In this document: in pieces, positions 29,901-38,329 of the stretch
How the letters are laid out: each line of letters opens with the position of its first letter
How positions within the stretch are numbered: the first letter of the stretch is position 1
Virus record (IMG/VR): IMGVR_UViG_3300023184_004234
Span: 3,910-67,909 of that record
Reading direction: 5' to 3' (one strand)
From: a virus
Length of the DNA: 64,000 bases
Made by a program: the position numbers and the translations under genes
Notes under the pieces: generated by a model
Told to the model about the DNA's origin: nothing
The model's database searches: none
The model's input: only the letters and a program-made list of their open reading frames with translations

Positions 29901-31601
29901 ATCAGTTCTCTTTTTAAAGTTGGACAGGGTGGTATAACATTAGATGGTGGTAATAAAAAAATATTTATAGGTACTGGTACGTTTGGAAATGCAAACACAG
30001 GATTTTATGCAGATAATGATGGTAATTTTTCGTTAGGAAACCAACTTACATTTACAGGTGGAAATTTAGCAATTGCTGGTGCAGCTAGTATTGGTGGAAC
30101 TACGGCAACAACCATAGCAAACGGAGCTGCAGCGGGCGCAGCTGCACTACAACCAGGGGCAAACATTAGTTCACTAAATAACAACTCCGGATACCAAGAT
30201 GCATCGAGTGTAAATAGTGCAGCAAAAACAGCAGGTTCTGTTGGTGGTTGGACAATTAATTCAACAAATTTAACATCTAATAATAATAGAACAATTTTAT
30301 ATAATACCGGATATATTGAATTAAAAGATACAGCTGGGCAAAATAAAATAACAATAGATTCTAGTGCAACATTACCTAGTCCAACCGCCGGCAGTGATAG
30401 TGGAAACATTGTAGTACCGGCACAATCTGCACAAACAGTATATTATCAAAATGGTACAATATCAGGTGGTACTTCACCATTAGTTGGGCCTGATGGAAAT
30501 GGGTTTTATGGAATCGGTTGGTCTCAACAAGTTGTATTTACTCCTACAATATCAGGATACTATGAATTTACAACTTGGTTTCCAAAAAATGATGGTATGG
30601 GAGCAAGTGGAACAAGTGGTACTGCTTTAATGGGATTAAGAGCATACATTTATGATATGGCAGGTAATTCATTAATAAATGATGATGGTAGAGAATATAT
30701 AGAAGGGCCGGTGGAAGGTGCGGGTGCAAATACAACCCAATCTGGATATGCAACAGGTACATATGGTAATCAATATAATAGAGATGGAACCGGTGCTTAT
30801 TTTTCTAACCAATATCTTACTGCAGGAGTTGCAGTTAGATTTTTAATACAATGGGTAATTTTTAATATACGTTATTCGGATAATTTAACAATTAAAGCAT
30901 ATTGGCCGGCAACAAATGTACAATTTATTTCAAATGTACCTAAAACTAATATTAACCAACAAGGATTTCAAGTTATACAAGATACAAATAGATATTTAAC
31001 AATTAAACCATCTGGTTGGTATATGTATAACGACCCTGCTATTTATGGTGGTTCACCACCACCATATATAAATGACCAGGGAGTTACTGAGGTTACCGGT
31101 ATTATGGGTGGTACTATGGTTGTATTGAATGCAACGGATAAAGGGGATTGGCATAGTGGTAAACAAAAACAATATATCCGAAGTGCACAATATTCATTTG
31201 CAAATAGAGCAGCGGGTGGCAATTTTCTTACTTCATTTTTCTTTGGAGGATATGGTAGGTCGTTTAATATAACAAGAGCATATGGTTGGTTTACTCCAAA
31301 TTCAAATACTGGATTTACTACATATGATAGTCAATGGTGGCCTTACGCATATAACATTGAAAGTATAACTAGAATTAGTTATGGTAAATTTCAAGTAACA
31401 TTTGCAGAATCAGTAATGGATTCATATGGTGCATACTCAGGTGGTGGTATATATAGTGTATTTATAGGAAGAAGAGATGGGGATTACGCATCAGAATTCA
31501 CCACAGCTGCTATAAGTAACATATATCACACAGGATTTATTATGGATTTAGGTAATGAGACACCAGCAAATAGATTTGTTTCAATATTAGTAATAGCTTA
31601 A
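26991..31601 (+). CDS. Long tail fibre / receptor-binding protein, Ser/Thr/Gly/Ala-rich
   Basis: 1536 aa with a Ser-rich periodic stalk, a duplicated beta-rich module, an Ala-rich coiled coil, GSVGGWTINST fibre motif and aromatic-rich C-terminus. Followed by a chaperone-like gene. Confidence 0.75.
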   Translation: MAVDIKVAPEEKLELVQTLIVDNSANSEYFNISELPDSFSGGKNAFLIAGSDLLQSNSEIKIQIRDAAGNIVYHEFSDGSPNEYYEGNSKVVAVYVYPTETAFGPATITVLGELNIKNVNVPIDWQNKYNVKWTGRVNINPALANTTRVRFKKRPNVKITEILEPLYTVNTITTTYTGSARAIPVSPNAGTNYQNWLNSGHTIDDLYYAFQTSPNTQIISSSLVGSTITTDIPGYSPIIKTAPNTTYAYVYPPLLDSNGNITGSPENTFISYSIVDTTATSKVASLVTQSFAAITINQLETFAGDVARVKVFRTSTGDISDYELIQDIRVESKNLLTTYALSSSVVGNAGLFTQDSLSKVWNTGSLSANLTSTYVNDGVKLAGHGYLTYTSSLNLLSSNTYELQLNSFFTGSTSTNLVAYISGTQNGAIPITTFSGSIPTKNFGTTTTAFKIANDEPSASLYLSQSSGTNQWHIGNISLNLSQDTAFSPNEISFITSMPTVLGNETFNFKFELYDINNNYVPIALTSSVLFNGGNNNIGGTLLIVSGSTSASNASILALSQSVSGTISATSQSVSSSIAATSSSLSSSISQSTFTASIYTSASVSTLSGSVSTSINLVSGSLSSSINVVSGSVVNLSSSVSTSLSTLSSSLSTSLSTISSSVSNSSFTVYSASAYLEKFIFTDENGKLNKTPTTSSVVNGLYLGSTYLGYYSGSSWKTYMDNQGDFYLTGSNNNFLAWNSSLGTLQVQGVINIQGGNAATTSSVSSSINSATSSLSQSLAPNIFTSTTGLINRPPVVLVGGTSGLYLGSSYLGYYDGSDWKTYMANNGNFYLSGPGTNSLSWINGALTINGVINITGGNAATQTYASGTAFTQATTAQSNAVSTAASDATTKANAARTAAELFASGIGTNAVASGSAAATAAQTAAINQAKADASASVTLLANGNWTAGSGTFITSNSISSPVIAGNAGYISSLFKVGQGGITLDGGNKKIFIGTGTFGNANTGFYADNDGNFSLGNQLTFTGGNLAIAGAASIGGTTATTIANGAAAGAAALQPGANISSLNNNSGYQDASSVNSAAKTAGSVGGWTINSTNLTSNNNRTILYNTGYIELKDTAGQNKITIDSSATLPSPTAGSDSGNIVVPAQSAQTVYYQNGTISGGTSPLVGPDGNGFYGIGWSQQVVFTPTISGYYEFTTWFPKNDGMGASGTSGTALMGLRAYIYDMAGNSLINDDGREYIEGPVEGAGANTTQSGYATGTYGNQYNRDGTGAYFSNQYLTAGVAVRFLIQWVIFNIRYSDNLTIKAYWPATNVQFISNVPKTNINQQGFQVIQDTNRYLTIKPSGWYMYNDPAIYGGSPPPYINDQGVTEVTGIMGGTMVVLNATDKGDWHSGKQKQYIRSAQYSFANRAAGGNFLTSFFFGGYGRSFNITRAYGWFTPNSNTGFTTYDSQWWPYAYNIESITRISYGKFQVTFAESVMDSYGAYSGGGIYSVFIGRRDGDYASEFTTAAISNIYHTGFIMDLGNETPANRFVSILVIA
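28626..28988 (+). repeat. Serine-rich ~11-residue periodic region inside the tail fibre
   Basis: SVSTLSGSVST / SINLVSGSLSS / SINVVSGSVVN / SLSTLSSSLST / SLSTISSSVSN. Confidence 0.75.
29088..29576 (+). repeat. Two-copy internal module repeat (period 312 nt) in the tail fibre
   Basis: GLYLGSTYLGYYSGSSWKTYMDNQGDFYLTG...VINIQGGNAAT (29088-29270) versus GLYLGSSYLGYYDGSDWKTYMANNGNFYLSG...VINITGGNAAT (29400-29576). Confidence 0.85.
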
Positions 31602-31612
31602 AATAATAACAA

Positions 31613-31900
31613 ATGAAAACGTATATAATAATATTTCCAAACACACATCCAGATACAATATCAGAATTATGTACAAGTCTTATAACTATTAAATCTGATA
31701 ATAAATTAGATGCTATGCCCGATGCAATAGAAGTAACACCTGCCGGTTACCCATTTTTAATAATAGAAAGTACAGAATATGATAGTATGTTTCATGATGC
31801 ATACGCAGTAGATTTTTCTAATCCAGATGGGTATGGTACTAATCAAAAAATTTTAAAATCACTTAAAGCTTCCGGTTTTACTGACTGGGTTACAAATTAA
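31613..31900 (+). CDS. Hypothetical protein (tail fibre-associated)
   Basis: 95-aa ORF between the fibre and the chaperone, with P.G.PF.II and D.S.PDG.G motifs. Confidence 0.55.
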   Translation: MKTYIIIFPNTHPDTISELCTSLITIKSDNKLDAMPDAIEVTPAGYPFLIIESTEYDSMFHDAYAVDFSNPDGYGTNQKILKSLKASGFTDWVTN

Positions 31901-31905
31901 ATATT

Positions 31906-32166
31906 ATGTTAAATATAGATGTAAATAGAGCATTAGATGTACATAAAAAACAAATAAGAATAAAAAGAGAAATTATTTTAAAAGATTTAGATGTACAATT
32001 TATGAGAGCATTAGAAGCTGGAAATTCTACATTAGCAGCAGAAATAGGTGCAAAAAAACAAACACTAAGAGATGCGACTAATTTTGATTCGGGTTCAATT
32101 ACTAATTTAAGTGATGTGAAAGCATTATGGGATGTAGAATTATTAGGTGAAACACCATATCAATAA
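31906..32166 (+). CDS. Tail fibre assembly chaperone-like protein
   Basis: IRIKRE..LKDLDVQFMRALE...KKQTLRDAT...W pattern of Tfa-like chaperones, directly after the fibre. Confidence 0.65.
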   Translation: MLNIDVNRALDVHKKQIRIKREIILKDLDVQFMRALEAGNSTLAAEIGAKKQTLRDATNFDSGSITNLSDVKALWDVELLGETPYQ

Positions 32167-32173
32167 ATAAGTT

Positions 32174-33187
32174 ATGTTTGATTTATTAGTTACGACAGGC
32201 GCAGGTAATCTACCTATGGGTGGTAGTGATATATGGGTAAATAATTTCTTAGAGAATGTTGTACCATATTTAAAATATCCAATTGTATTATTAATTGATG
32301 GTAGAAAACCTAATGGATTTGACCCGACATCTATCCCTTGTCAATTTGTATTTTCAAAAGAAACACCACTATTAGTACCACCACTATTAAGAAATTGTAG
32401 AAGAATACATTTTTTACACAACAACTATTATCGTAGAGATGAATTGTGGGAGTTTAAATATAAATTTCATACAATATTTTGTCACGCCTACATCAAAGAA
32501 ATTATAAATACAAATATAGAATTAGGATTAGATAGAGTTTACTTACCTACTACAATGGATTTACAATGGGAGCAAGATGTAATGAATCGATGTAAACATA
32601 TAGTTTGGATTGGTTGTAATGATGGATTAGTTCAAAAAGATTTTAAAAAGAAATGTATTCAGATACCAAATTACTATGAGTTTAACCACAATATAGAATA
32701 TAGATGGAATACCGATAAGATAGGATATGCAGCTCGTAGTGAAACAAGAAAATGTTTTCACTTCTTAGATAAACATAAAGGATATGCTATTACCGATTGG
32801 ATGGGATATGAAAATTTAAAAGAAGGATTAAACTTAGATTTGAAAAAAGTAAGATTCTACCCATATAATTTGGAAAACCACAGAAATTTCTTTAACTTAG
32901 ACTTTACGATATTTCACGGATGTTATGTAAATGAACCATTTGGGTATTCTATATTTAACGCAATTGATTATGGTAAACTTCCAATACTAAACAAATATTG
33001 GTTACCTAAAATAGATTACAAATATAGAGCAAATACAAAAGAGGAATTTAATAAAATGTATGAAATAATGTGTAATGATTTTGAATTAGAACGACAATAT
33101 AATTTTTTTAATTTAAAAGAAGCATTACAACAATATAGTAGTAAAGAGGAATGGATATATGAAATCACAAATATTTTAAATAAATGA
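32174..33187 (+). CDS. Glycosyltransferase, GT-B fold (GT4-like)
   Basis: N-terminal MGGSDIW, and C-terminal YAARSETRK and EPFGYSIFNAIDYGKLPI (GT4 EX7E-like region). Confidence 0.7.
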   Translation: MFDLLVTTGAGNLPMGGSDIWVNNFLENVVPYLKYPIVLLIDGRKPNGFDPTSIPCQFVFSKETPLLVPPLLRNCRRIHFLHNNYYRRDELWEFKYKFHTIFCHAYIKEIINTNIELGLDRVYLPTTMDLQWEQDVMNRCKHIVWIGCNDGLVQKDFKKKCIQIPNYYEFNHNIEYRWNTDKIGYAARSETRKCFHFLDKHKGYAITDWMGYENLKEGLNLDLKKVRFYPYNLENHRNFFNLDFTIFHGCYVNEPFGYSIFNAIDYGKLPILNKYWLPKIDYKYRANTKEEFNKMYEIMCNDFELERQYNFFNLKEALQQYSSKEEWIYEITNILNK

Positions 33188-33939
33188 TAACCAATAAAGA
33201 TTATATCAAAAACAATATTTCTAATAATCAAGAAATAGATGAACATGGAGACCAGGTTTTAATTAACGTTCCTTATAGGTGGAGTCATGGTGCAACCGAT
33301 GAACATTTAGGAGATGGATTAATCATTTATTCCCTAATTCAATATATGCGAGCAAAAGTATGTGTATGTTTAGGAAGTGGTGGCGGTTTTATACCTAGAA
33401 TTATGACGCAGGCTCGTTACGATTTGTGGAAACAAAATATATTTGAAGGTGATAGTGATTATAATCATGGTGATATTGGATGTACATATGTTGTAGATGC
33501 GACAAATGGTATAGGTGGTAATGTAAATTGGTTAAAAGAAGAATCTTTTTTTAGAAGTACATTTTGGCCTAGAATTATAAACGATACAACTGCAAACGCA
33601 TTTCATAACTTTTTTGTATTAAATGATATTAAAATTGATTATTTACATATTGATGCGGGCCATAGTTATGAAAACGTAAAAGAAGATTTTGAATTATACT
33701 CGCAATTAATGAGTGAAACGGGTATTATATCAATTCATGATACTGACCCTAATTATGCAGATAAATATATAGTGACAAATGAAGTTAAAGATAGGGGTGA
33801 TTTTGATGATTGGAACGGACCTATACAATTAGCAAAAGAAATAGATACAAATAAGTGGCAAGTTTTTGATTTGTTTAATTTCGGTATATTAAAAAATAAG
33901 CCGGCCTCTACTGGACTAACATTAATAAGAAAAAAATGA
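33184..33939 (+). CDS. Class I SAM-dependent methyltransferase (Methyltransf_24-like)
   Basis: VCLGSGGG, IDYLHIDAGHSYENVKEDF and GIISIHDT. Confidence 0.85.
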   Translation: MITNKDYIKNNISNNQEIDEHGDQVLINVPYRWSHGATDEHLGDGLIIYSLIQYMRAKVCVCLGSGGGFIPRIMTQARYDLWKQNIFEGDSDYNHGDIGCTYVVDATNGIGGNVNWLKEESFFRSTFWPRIINDTTANAFHNFFVLNDIKIDYLHIDAGHSYENVKEDFELYSQLMSETGIISIHDTDPNYADKYIVTNEVKDRGDFDDWNGPIQLAKEIDTNKWQVFDLFNFGILKNKPASTGLTLIRKK

Positions 33940-34790
33940 AACCAAAATTAGTAACAGTAACAGGTCATAGAACAAATACATTAAGACATCAACTTAACCA
34001 TTACAAAGATATGGTTAGTGAAGTATTTTTAATTGTATATGAAAATGCAGATTCGCCTAAAAATATTAAAGATGAAATTGCAGATATAGCTAAAGATTTT
34101 GGTATAGAAATACATGCAGTTAAAACACATAGACCATTTGATTGGGAAGAAGTAACTCGTTTGTATAATAAAACAAAAATGTTATTTCCTAACGATTGGT
34201 GGATTATAGCAGATGATGATGAATTTCAGGTATATTCAAAATTAATTACCGATATTACAAAAATATGTGATGAAAGTGGATATGAGTTTGTAACAGGAGG
34301 ATTTGTAGATAGAATAGGTAGGGGTGGCACGTTTACTGAAATAAATGATGATACAAAAATATGGGAAGCATTTCCAATGGCAGGTTTCTTTCGTTATCCT
34401 TTAAGTGGGGCATGCCCAAATAAAATAACAATGTGTAAAGGGCATATTGAAGTGACACCGGGTCAACATTATGCAAAAATAGACGGACAAACAACTTGGA
34501 AATGGCAAGGTTGGAATCATCCATTAAGATTTCCTACAACACAAAACTTTACACAAGTACATCATTTTAAATGGGATAGTACAGTATTGGATAGATTACA
34601 GGATGTAGCAAAGATAGGACAAGTATATTCATACTCAAATGAATATCAAACAATGTACGATGCAATAAAATCAAATAATTTTAAAATTGATATTTATGAT
34701 GAGAGGTTTTTATTCGAAGAAGTAAAAAATCCATCTTATTTTTCTTATAAGAATTGGAACAAACTATCTAAGATAATACTCTCTATTTAA
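33936..34790 (+). CDS. Glycosyltransferase, GT-A fold (GT2-like)
   Basis: LRHQLNHY, WWIIADDDEF (DxD) and VHHFKW motifs. Confidence 0.75.
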   Translation: MKPKLVTVTGHRTNTLRHQLNHYKDMVSEVFLIVYENADSPKNIKDEIADIAKDFGIEIHAVKTHRPFDWEEVTRLYNKTKMLFPNDWWIIADDDEFQVYSKLITDITKICDESGYEFVTGGFVDRIGRGGTFTEINDDTKIWEAFPMAGFFRYPLSGACPNKITMCKGHIEVTPGQHYAKIDGQTTWKWQGWNHPLRFPTTQNFTQVHHFKWDSTVLDRLQDVAKIGQVYSYSNEYQTMYDAIKSNNFKIDIYDERFLFEEVKNPSYFSYKNWNKLSKIILSI

Positions 34791-34822
34791 TTTGGTTTTA
34801 TAAATAAAATTCGTTACATTTA
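34791..34822 (+). promoter_or_regulatory. Bacteroidota-type promoter variant (TTTG-N20-TACATTTA)
   Basis: TTTG at 34791-34794, 20-nt spacer, TACATTTA at 34815-34822, ATG at 34826. Same geometry as the primase promoter. Confidence 0.5.
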
Positions 34823-34825
34823 GGT

Positions 34826-36307
34826 ATGAGTAGTCATAAATTAGCAATCATAGTACCATATAGGGATAGACGTGAACATTTGGATATATTTATTCCACAT
34901 ATGCAAGAATTCTTAAATAATAAGAATATTGATTATAAGATTTATGTCATAGAACAATCCGATGATAAACCATTTAACTATGGAAAACTTTGTAATTCGG
35001 CATTTCATTTATTAAAAGATGAATATGATTATTTTTGTTTTCATGATGTTGATATGTTACCCATAAATGATAGTTGTGATTATTCATATCCAACCAATCC
35101 AATTCACTTAGCAACTAGAGCATCTGCACATAATGACCGATTACCATATTTACAATATTTTGGTGGAGTAATAATATTTCCAAAAGAAGATTTTGAAAAA
35201 ATTAATGGTTACTCAAACGAATACTATGGTTGGGGAATAGAAGATATTGATTTATTATATAGATGTAGTAATTCAGATATTCCAATGGAAAAACAACATG
35301 TATATCCACGTATAGATTCAAATTATAATTTTGATAAAATACAAAAAACAGATTCGTTTAAAACAGAAACTATAAAATATTTAAGTTTTGATGGAGAAAC
35401 CTTTTTAAACGTAGTTCCAAATAAAGAATTAAAAAATATTACAAACGAAAGTTTTACAGTAAGTTGTTGGATTAATGTACCAAGTAAACCAAAGAGTGAA
35501 CAATATATTATTAGTTGGCCAGGATTTAATTCAGGAATTTCTTACCAAATAGATGGAACATTACGTTTCAATTTTTGGAATGAAGATAAATTATATTTTT
35601 TTAATTATGAATCAATTGAACCAAATAAATGGCATCATATTGTTTTTAATTTAAACTATGATGAAAATAAAATTAAATTATGGATTAATAATTTACAAGT
35701 ACAAGAACAAATAGATGCAAAAACAATTGTTAAATTTCCATTATGGAATTATTCAAATGATTTGTTATATATTGGATGTGGTTCTCATAATGCACAATTC
35801 TTTATTGGTAAACTTGCAAATGTTTATATGTTTGATTACAATCTTTCACAAACTGAAATAACCAATTTATATTTAAATGGATTGGAATATAATAAAACAT
35901 ATCAAACTAAATTTGAACCTGTTTTACGCTATGAGTTTGATAATTTTTACAAACAAATTCTAATAGATAAAAGTAAAAATCATAATCACGCTAAATTCTT
36001 CGGAAAAGCAGGAAATGATTATTTAAACTTCGTTGATAATACAGTTATAGATAAAACAACAAAAATATCATTACCTATTAGAATTGAAGGTGAATATCAA
36101 TCATTGGAACATGATGATGATATTAATATTGCAAGTAGATTCTATTCATATGATCCAGATATTTCAGAGAATAAAGAAATATTTTTTAATGATATTATGA
36201 GTGGACAATATTCTACTTCTAAAATTGGATTAAATAATTTAAAATTCAAATTAGTAAAACAAGAAATTTTAGATGAAAAAACTGAATGGTTAAAAATAAT
36301 TTTATGA
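34826..36307 (+). CDS. GT7 (beta-1,4-galactosyltransferase-like) glycosyltransferase with inserted LamG domain, copy 1
   Basis: IIVPYRDR, PFNYGKL, FHDVD, YFGGV, NGYSNEYYGWGIEDID, then LamG (FTVSCW, KWHHIV), then the GT7 C-terminus (GEYQSLEH, GLNNLKF). Confidence 0.88.
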   Translation: MSSHKLAIIVPYRDRREHLDIFIPHMQEFLNNKNIDYKIYVIEQSDDKPFNYGKLCNSAFHLLKDEYDYFCFHDVDMLPINDSCDYSYPTNPIHLATRASAHNDRLPYLQYFGGVIIFPKEDFEKINGYSNEYYGWGIEDIDLLYRCSNSDIPMEKQHVYPRIDSNYNFDKIQKTDSFKTETIKYLSFDGETFLNVVPNKELKNITNESFTVSCWINVPSKPKSEQYIISWPGFNSGISYQIDGTLRFNFWNEDKLYFFNYESIEPNKWHHIVFNLNYDENKIKLWINNLQVQEQIDAKTIVKFPLWNYSNDLLYIGCGSHNAQFFIGKLANVYMFDYNLSQTEITNLYLNGLEYNKTYQTKFEPVLRYEFDNFYKQILIDKSKNHNHAKFFGKAGNDYLNFVDNTVIDKTTKISLPIRIEGEYQSLEHDDDINIASRFYSYDPDISENKEIFFNDIMSGQYSTSKIGLNNLKFKLVKQEILDEKTEWLKIIL

Positions 36308-36717
36308 TAAAAGAACTATTACAAAATGAATCGTTTGTAAAGCAATTAGAATTAATTGCGGAAGAATTGGATATAATGAAAGAAACAAAAGGAGATTTTT
36401 CATTTTTTCTACCAAAGCTAATCTTAAATATTGAGGGATTGATGAAAAAATATCACCCATTGGGCTCTAATGTATTTGATTATATGGTAGAATATGATTC
36501 AGTATCGGTACAAAACGAAGAACTAAAAAGAAAATATATTGAAGATGTTGATGCAAACAACAAAAGATTAAGAGATGTAGAATATAGAGTGTGGAAAGAA
36601 GGTTCGGAAAATTTAGCATTTGAAAAAGTAAAACAAAATTTGGGAATATTAGAAAACCCATCAGTAGAAATTGAAAACGAAAAAAACATACAATTATGGC
36701 AGACAAAAAAGAATTAA
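36304..36717 (+). CDS. Hypothetical protein
   Basis: ATG at 36304 overlaps the previous TGA. Helical and charged. Confidence 0.55.
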   Translation: MIKELLQNESFVKQLELIAEELDIMKETKGDFSFFLPKLILNIEGLMKKYHPLGSNVFDYMVEYDSVSVQNEELKRKYIEDVDANNKRLRDVEYRVWKEGSENLAFEKVKQNLGILENPSVEIENEKNIQLWQTKKN

Positions 36718-36917
36718 CAACAGAAGAAAGAGGTGTGAAAGCATTAGAAAGCATTGCACATTCTACACAAGACATTAGTGATTGGTTATATGGATTAGAT
36801 ACCAAAGGATGGTCTACAAGATTAGAATGGTATTTAAATGAATTTTATAATCTTGCTAAAACCAAAACAGTTGGTACATCTAATAGACCCGATAAAGAGT
36901 CTGAAAGAGAAGATTAA
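36696..36917 (+). CDS. Hypothetical protein
   Basis: 73-aa ORF with an A-rich leader, coupled to the next gene by TAATG. Confidence 0.6.
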   Translation: MADKKELTTEERGVKALESIAHSTQDISDWLYGLDTKGWSTRLEWYLNEFYNLAKTKTVGTSNRPDKESERED

Positions 36918-38329
36918 TGAAGAAATTAGCAATAATAATTCCTTATAGAGATAGAAAATCTCATTTAGAAATGTTCCTTCCATATATGAAAAAATATTTG
37001 AAGGAATATGAATATAAAATATATGTCATAGAACAATCGGATAGCAAACCATTTAATAGAGGTAAGTTATTGAATATTGGTGCAAAGATAGCAATTAGAG
37101 AAGGATTTGATTATCTTGCATTACATGATGTTGATATGTTGCCATTAAAAGGAGTAGATTATTCATATCCAGATACACCTATACATTTAGCTTCAATAGT
37201 TGATGCAGAACAACCATTTGATGATTATTTTGGTGGAGTTACGTTATTTAATGTTGAAGATTTTAAAATAATAAATGGCTTTTCCAATGAGTATTGGGGG
37301 TGGGGATTTGAGGATGATGATTTATTGCAAAGATGTATTCAAAAAAATGTACCATTAGATACTATAAAATTTGGCATACCTGAAAAAGAATTTTTAATTA
37401 ATTATTTTAGATTTAATGGCTCTACTTCTCATATTAAAATTCCATTAAAAAATTTACTAAGTACATTCGCCGGTGACTTCACAATATCAGTAAAATGTAA
37501 ACCAGAAGATTGTAAAATTGATGAGAGTGCAGATTTTGATGAATATTATATTACTTCTATTCCAGGTAGAAACACAGGGTTATCATATACTTCATTTAAA
37601 AGATATAAATCTGAATTATGGACAAATGATAATAAATCAACTTCAATTCAAAGTGATATCATAGGAGAAATATGGTCACATTTAGTTATGAGTAAAACCG
37701 ATGATACTCTTTCATTTTATATGAATGGTAAGTTAGTTGGAACAGAAAAATTAAATGACCAAATATTTGGATATGATAACACTTATTTTTATATAGGAGT
37801 TGGTAATCCAAATTCAGAAAATGATAAATTTTATTTTAAAGGATTAATATCAGAATTTGCTATTTGGAATATTGCATTAGATGAAAATAATATAAATGAA
37901 ATATATGAAAATTCATCAGTTAAATCTATTTTAAATGATTATAGAAGATATAATAAATCAAAGTATTTAAAATGTTATTATGATTTTAAAAATTTTAAAA
38001 ACGATATATTATTAGATTTAAGTGATAATAGAAATAACGCATTTATTATTGAATGTGAAGATAATTATTTAATAAATAAATTTGAAACCGAAATACCGAT
38101 TCCAATTAGAAGAGAAGGTAAGTTTAAAACATTAAAACATAATTCAAATTCAACAATTGGAAATAAATGGATTCACTATGAAACAAGAAAAAATCAAACT
38201 AGATTTTATAATGAAATGAAAGGAACAATTTTAAATTTAAATATTGATGGTTTAAATACGTGTAGATATACACAATTAGAAACTGAACAATTAGATGATT
38301 TAGTAATAAAAATAAAAGTAGAATTATAA
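36917..38329 (+). CDS. GT7 glycosyltransferase with inserted LamG domain, copy 2
   Basis: IIIPYRDR, PFNRGKLLNIG, LHDVD, NGFSNEYWGWGFEDDD, LamG, then GKFKTLKH...DGLNTCRY. Confidence 0.9.
   Translation: MKKLAIIIPYRDRKSHLEMFLPYMKKYLKEYEYKIYVIEQSDSKPFNRGKLLNIGAKIAIREGFDYLALHDVDMLPLKGVDYSYPDTPIHLASIVDAEQPFDDYFGGVTLFNVEDFKIINGFSNEYWGWGFEDDDLLQRCIQKNVPLDTIKFGIPEKEFLINYFRFNGSTSHIKIPLKNLLSTFAGDFTISVKCKPEDCKIDESADFDEYYITSIPGRNTGLSYTSFKRYKSELWTNDNKSTSIQSDIIGEIWSHLVMSKTDDTLSFYMNGKLVGTEKLNDQIFGYDNTYFYIGVGNPNSENDKFYFKGLISEFAIWNIALDENNINEIYENSSVKSILNDYRRYNKSKYLKCYYDFKNFKNDILLDLSDNRNNAFIIECEDNYLINKFETEIPIPIRREGKFKTLKHNSNSTIGNKWIHYETRKNQTRFYNEMKGTILNLNIDGLNTCRYTQLETEQLDDLVIKIKVEL

Noticed and set aside
34799-34806. 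Exact T4 late promoter TATAAATA, equivalent to a minus-strand TATTTATA
   Set aside because: A single intergenic instance inside the spacer of a better-fitting Bacteroidota-type promoter, and expected by chance in AT-rich DNA.
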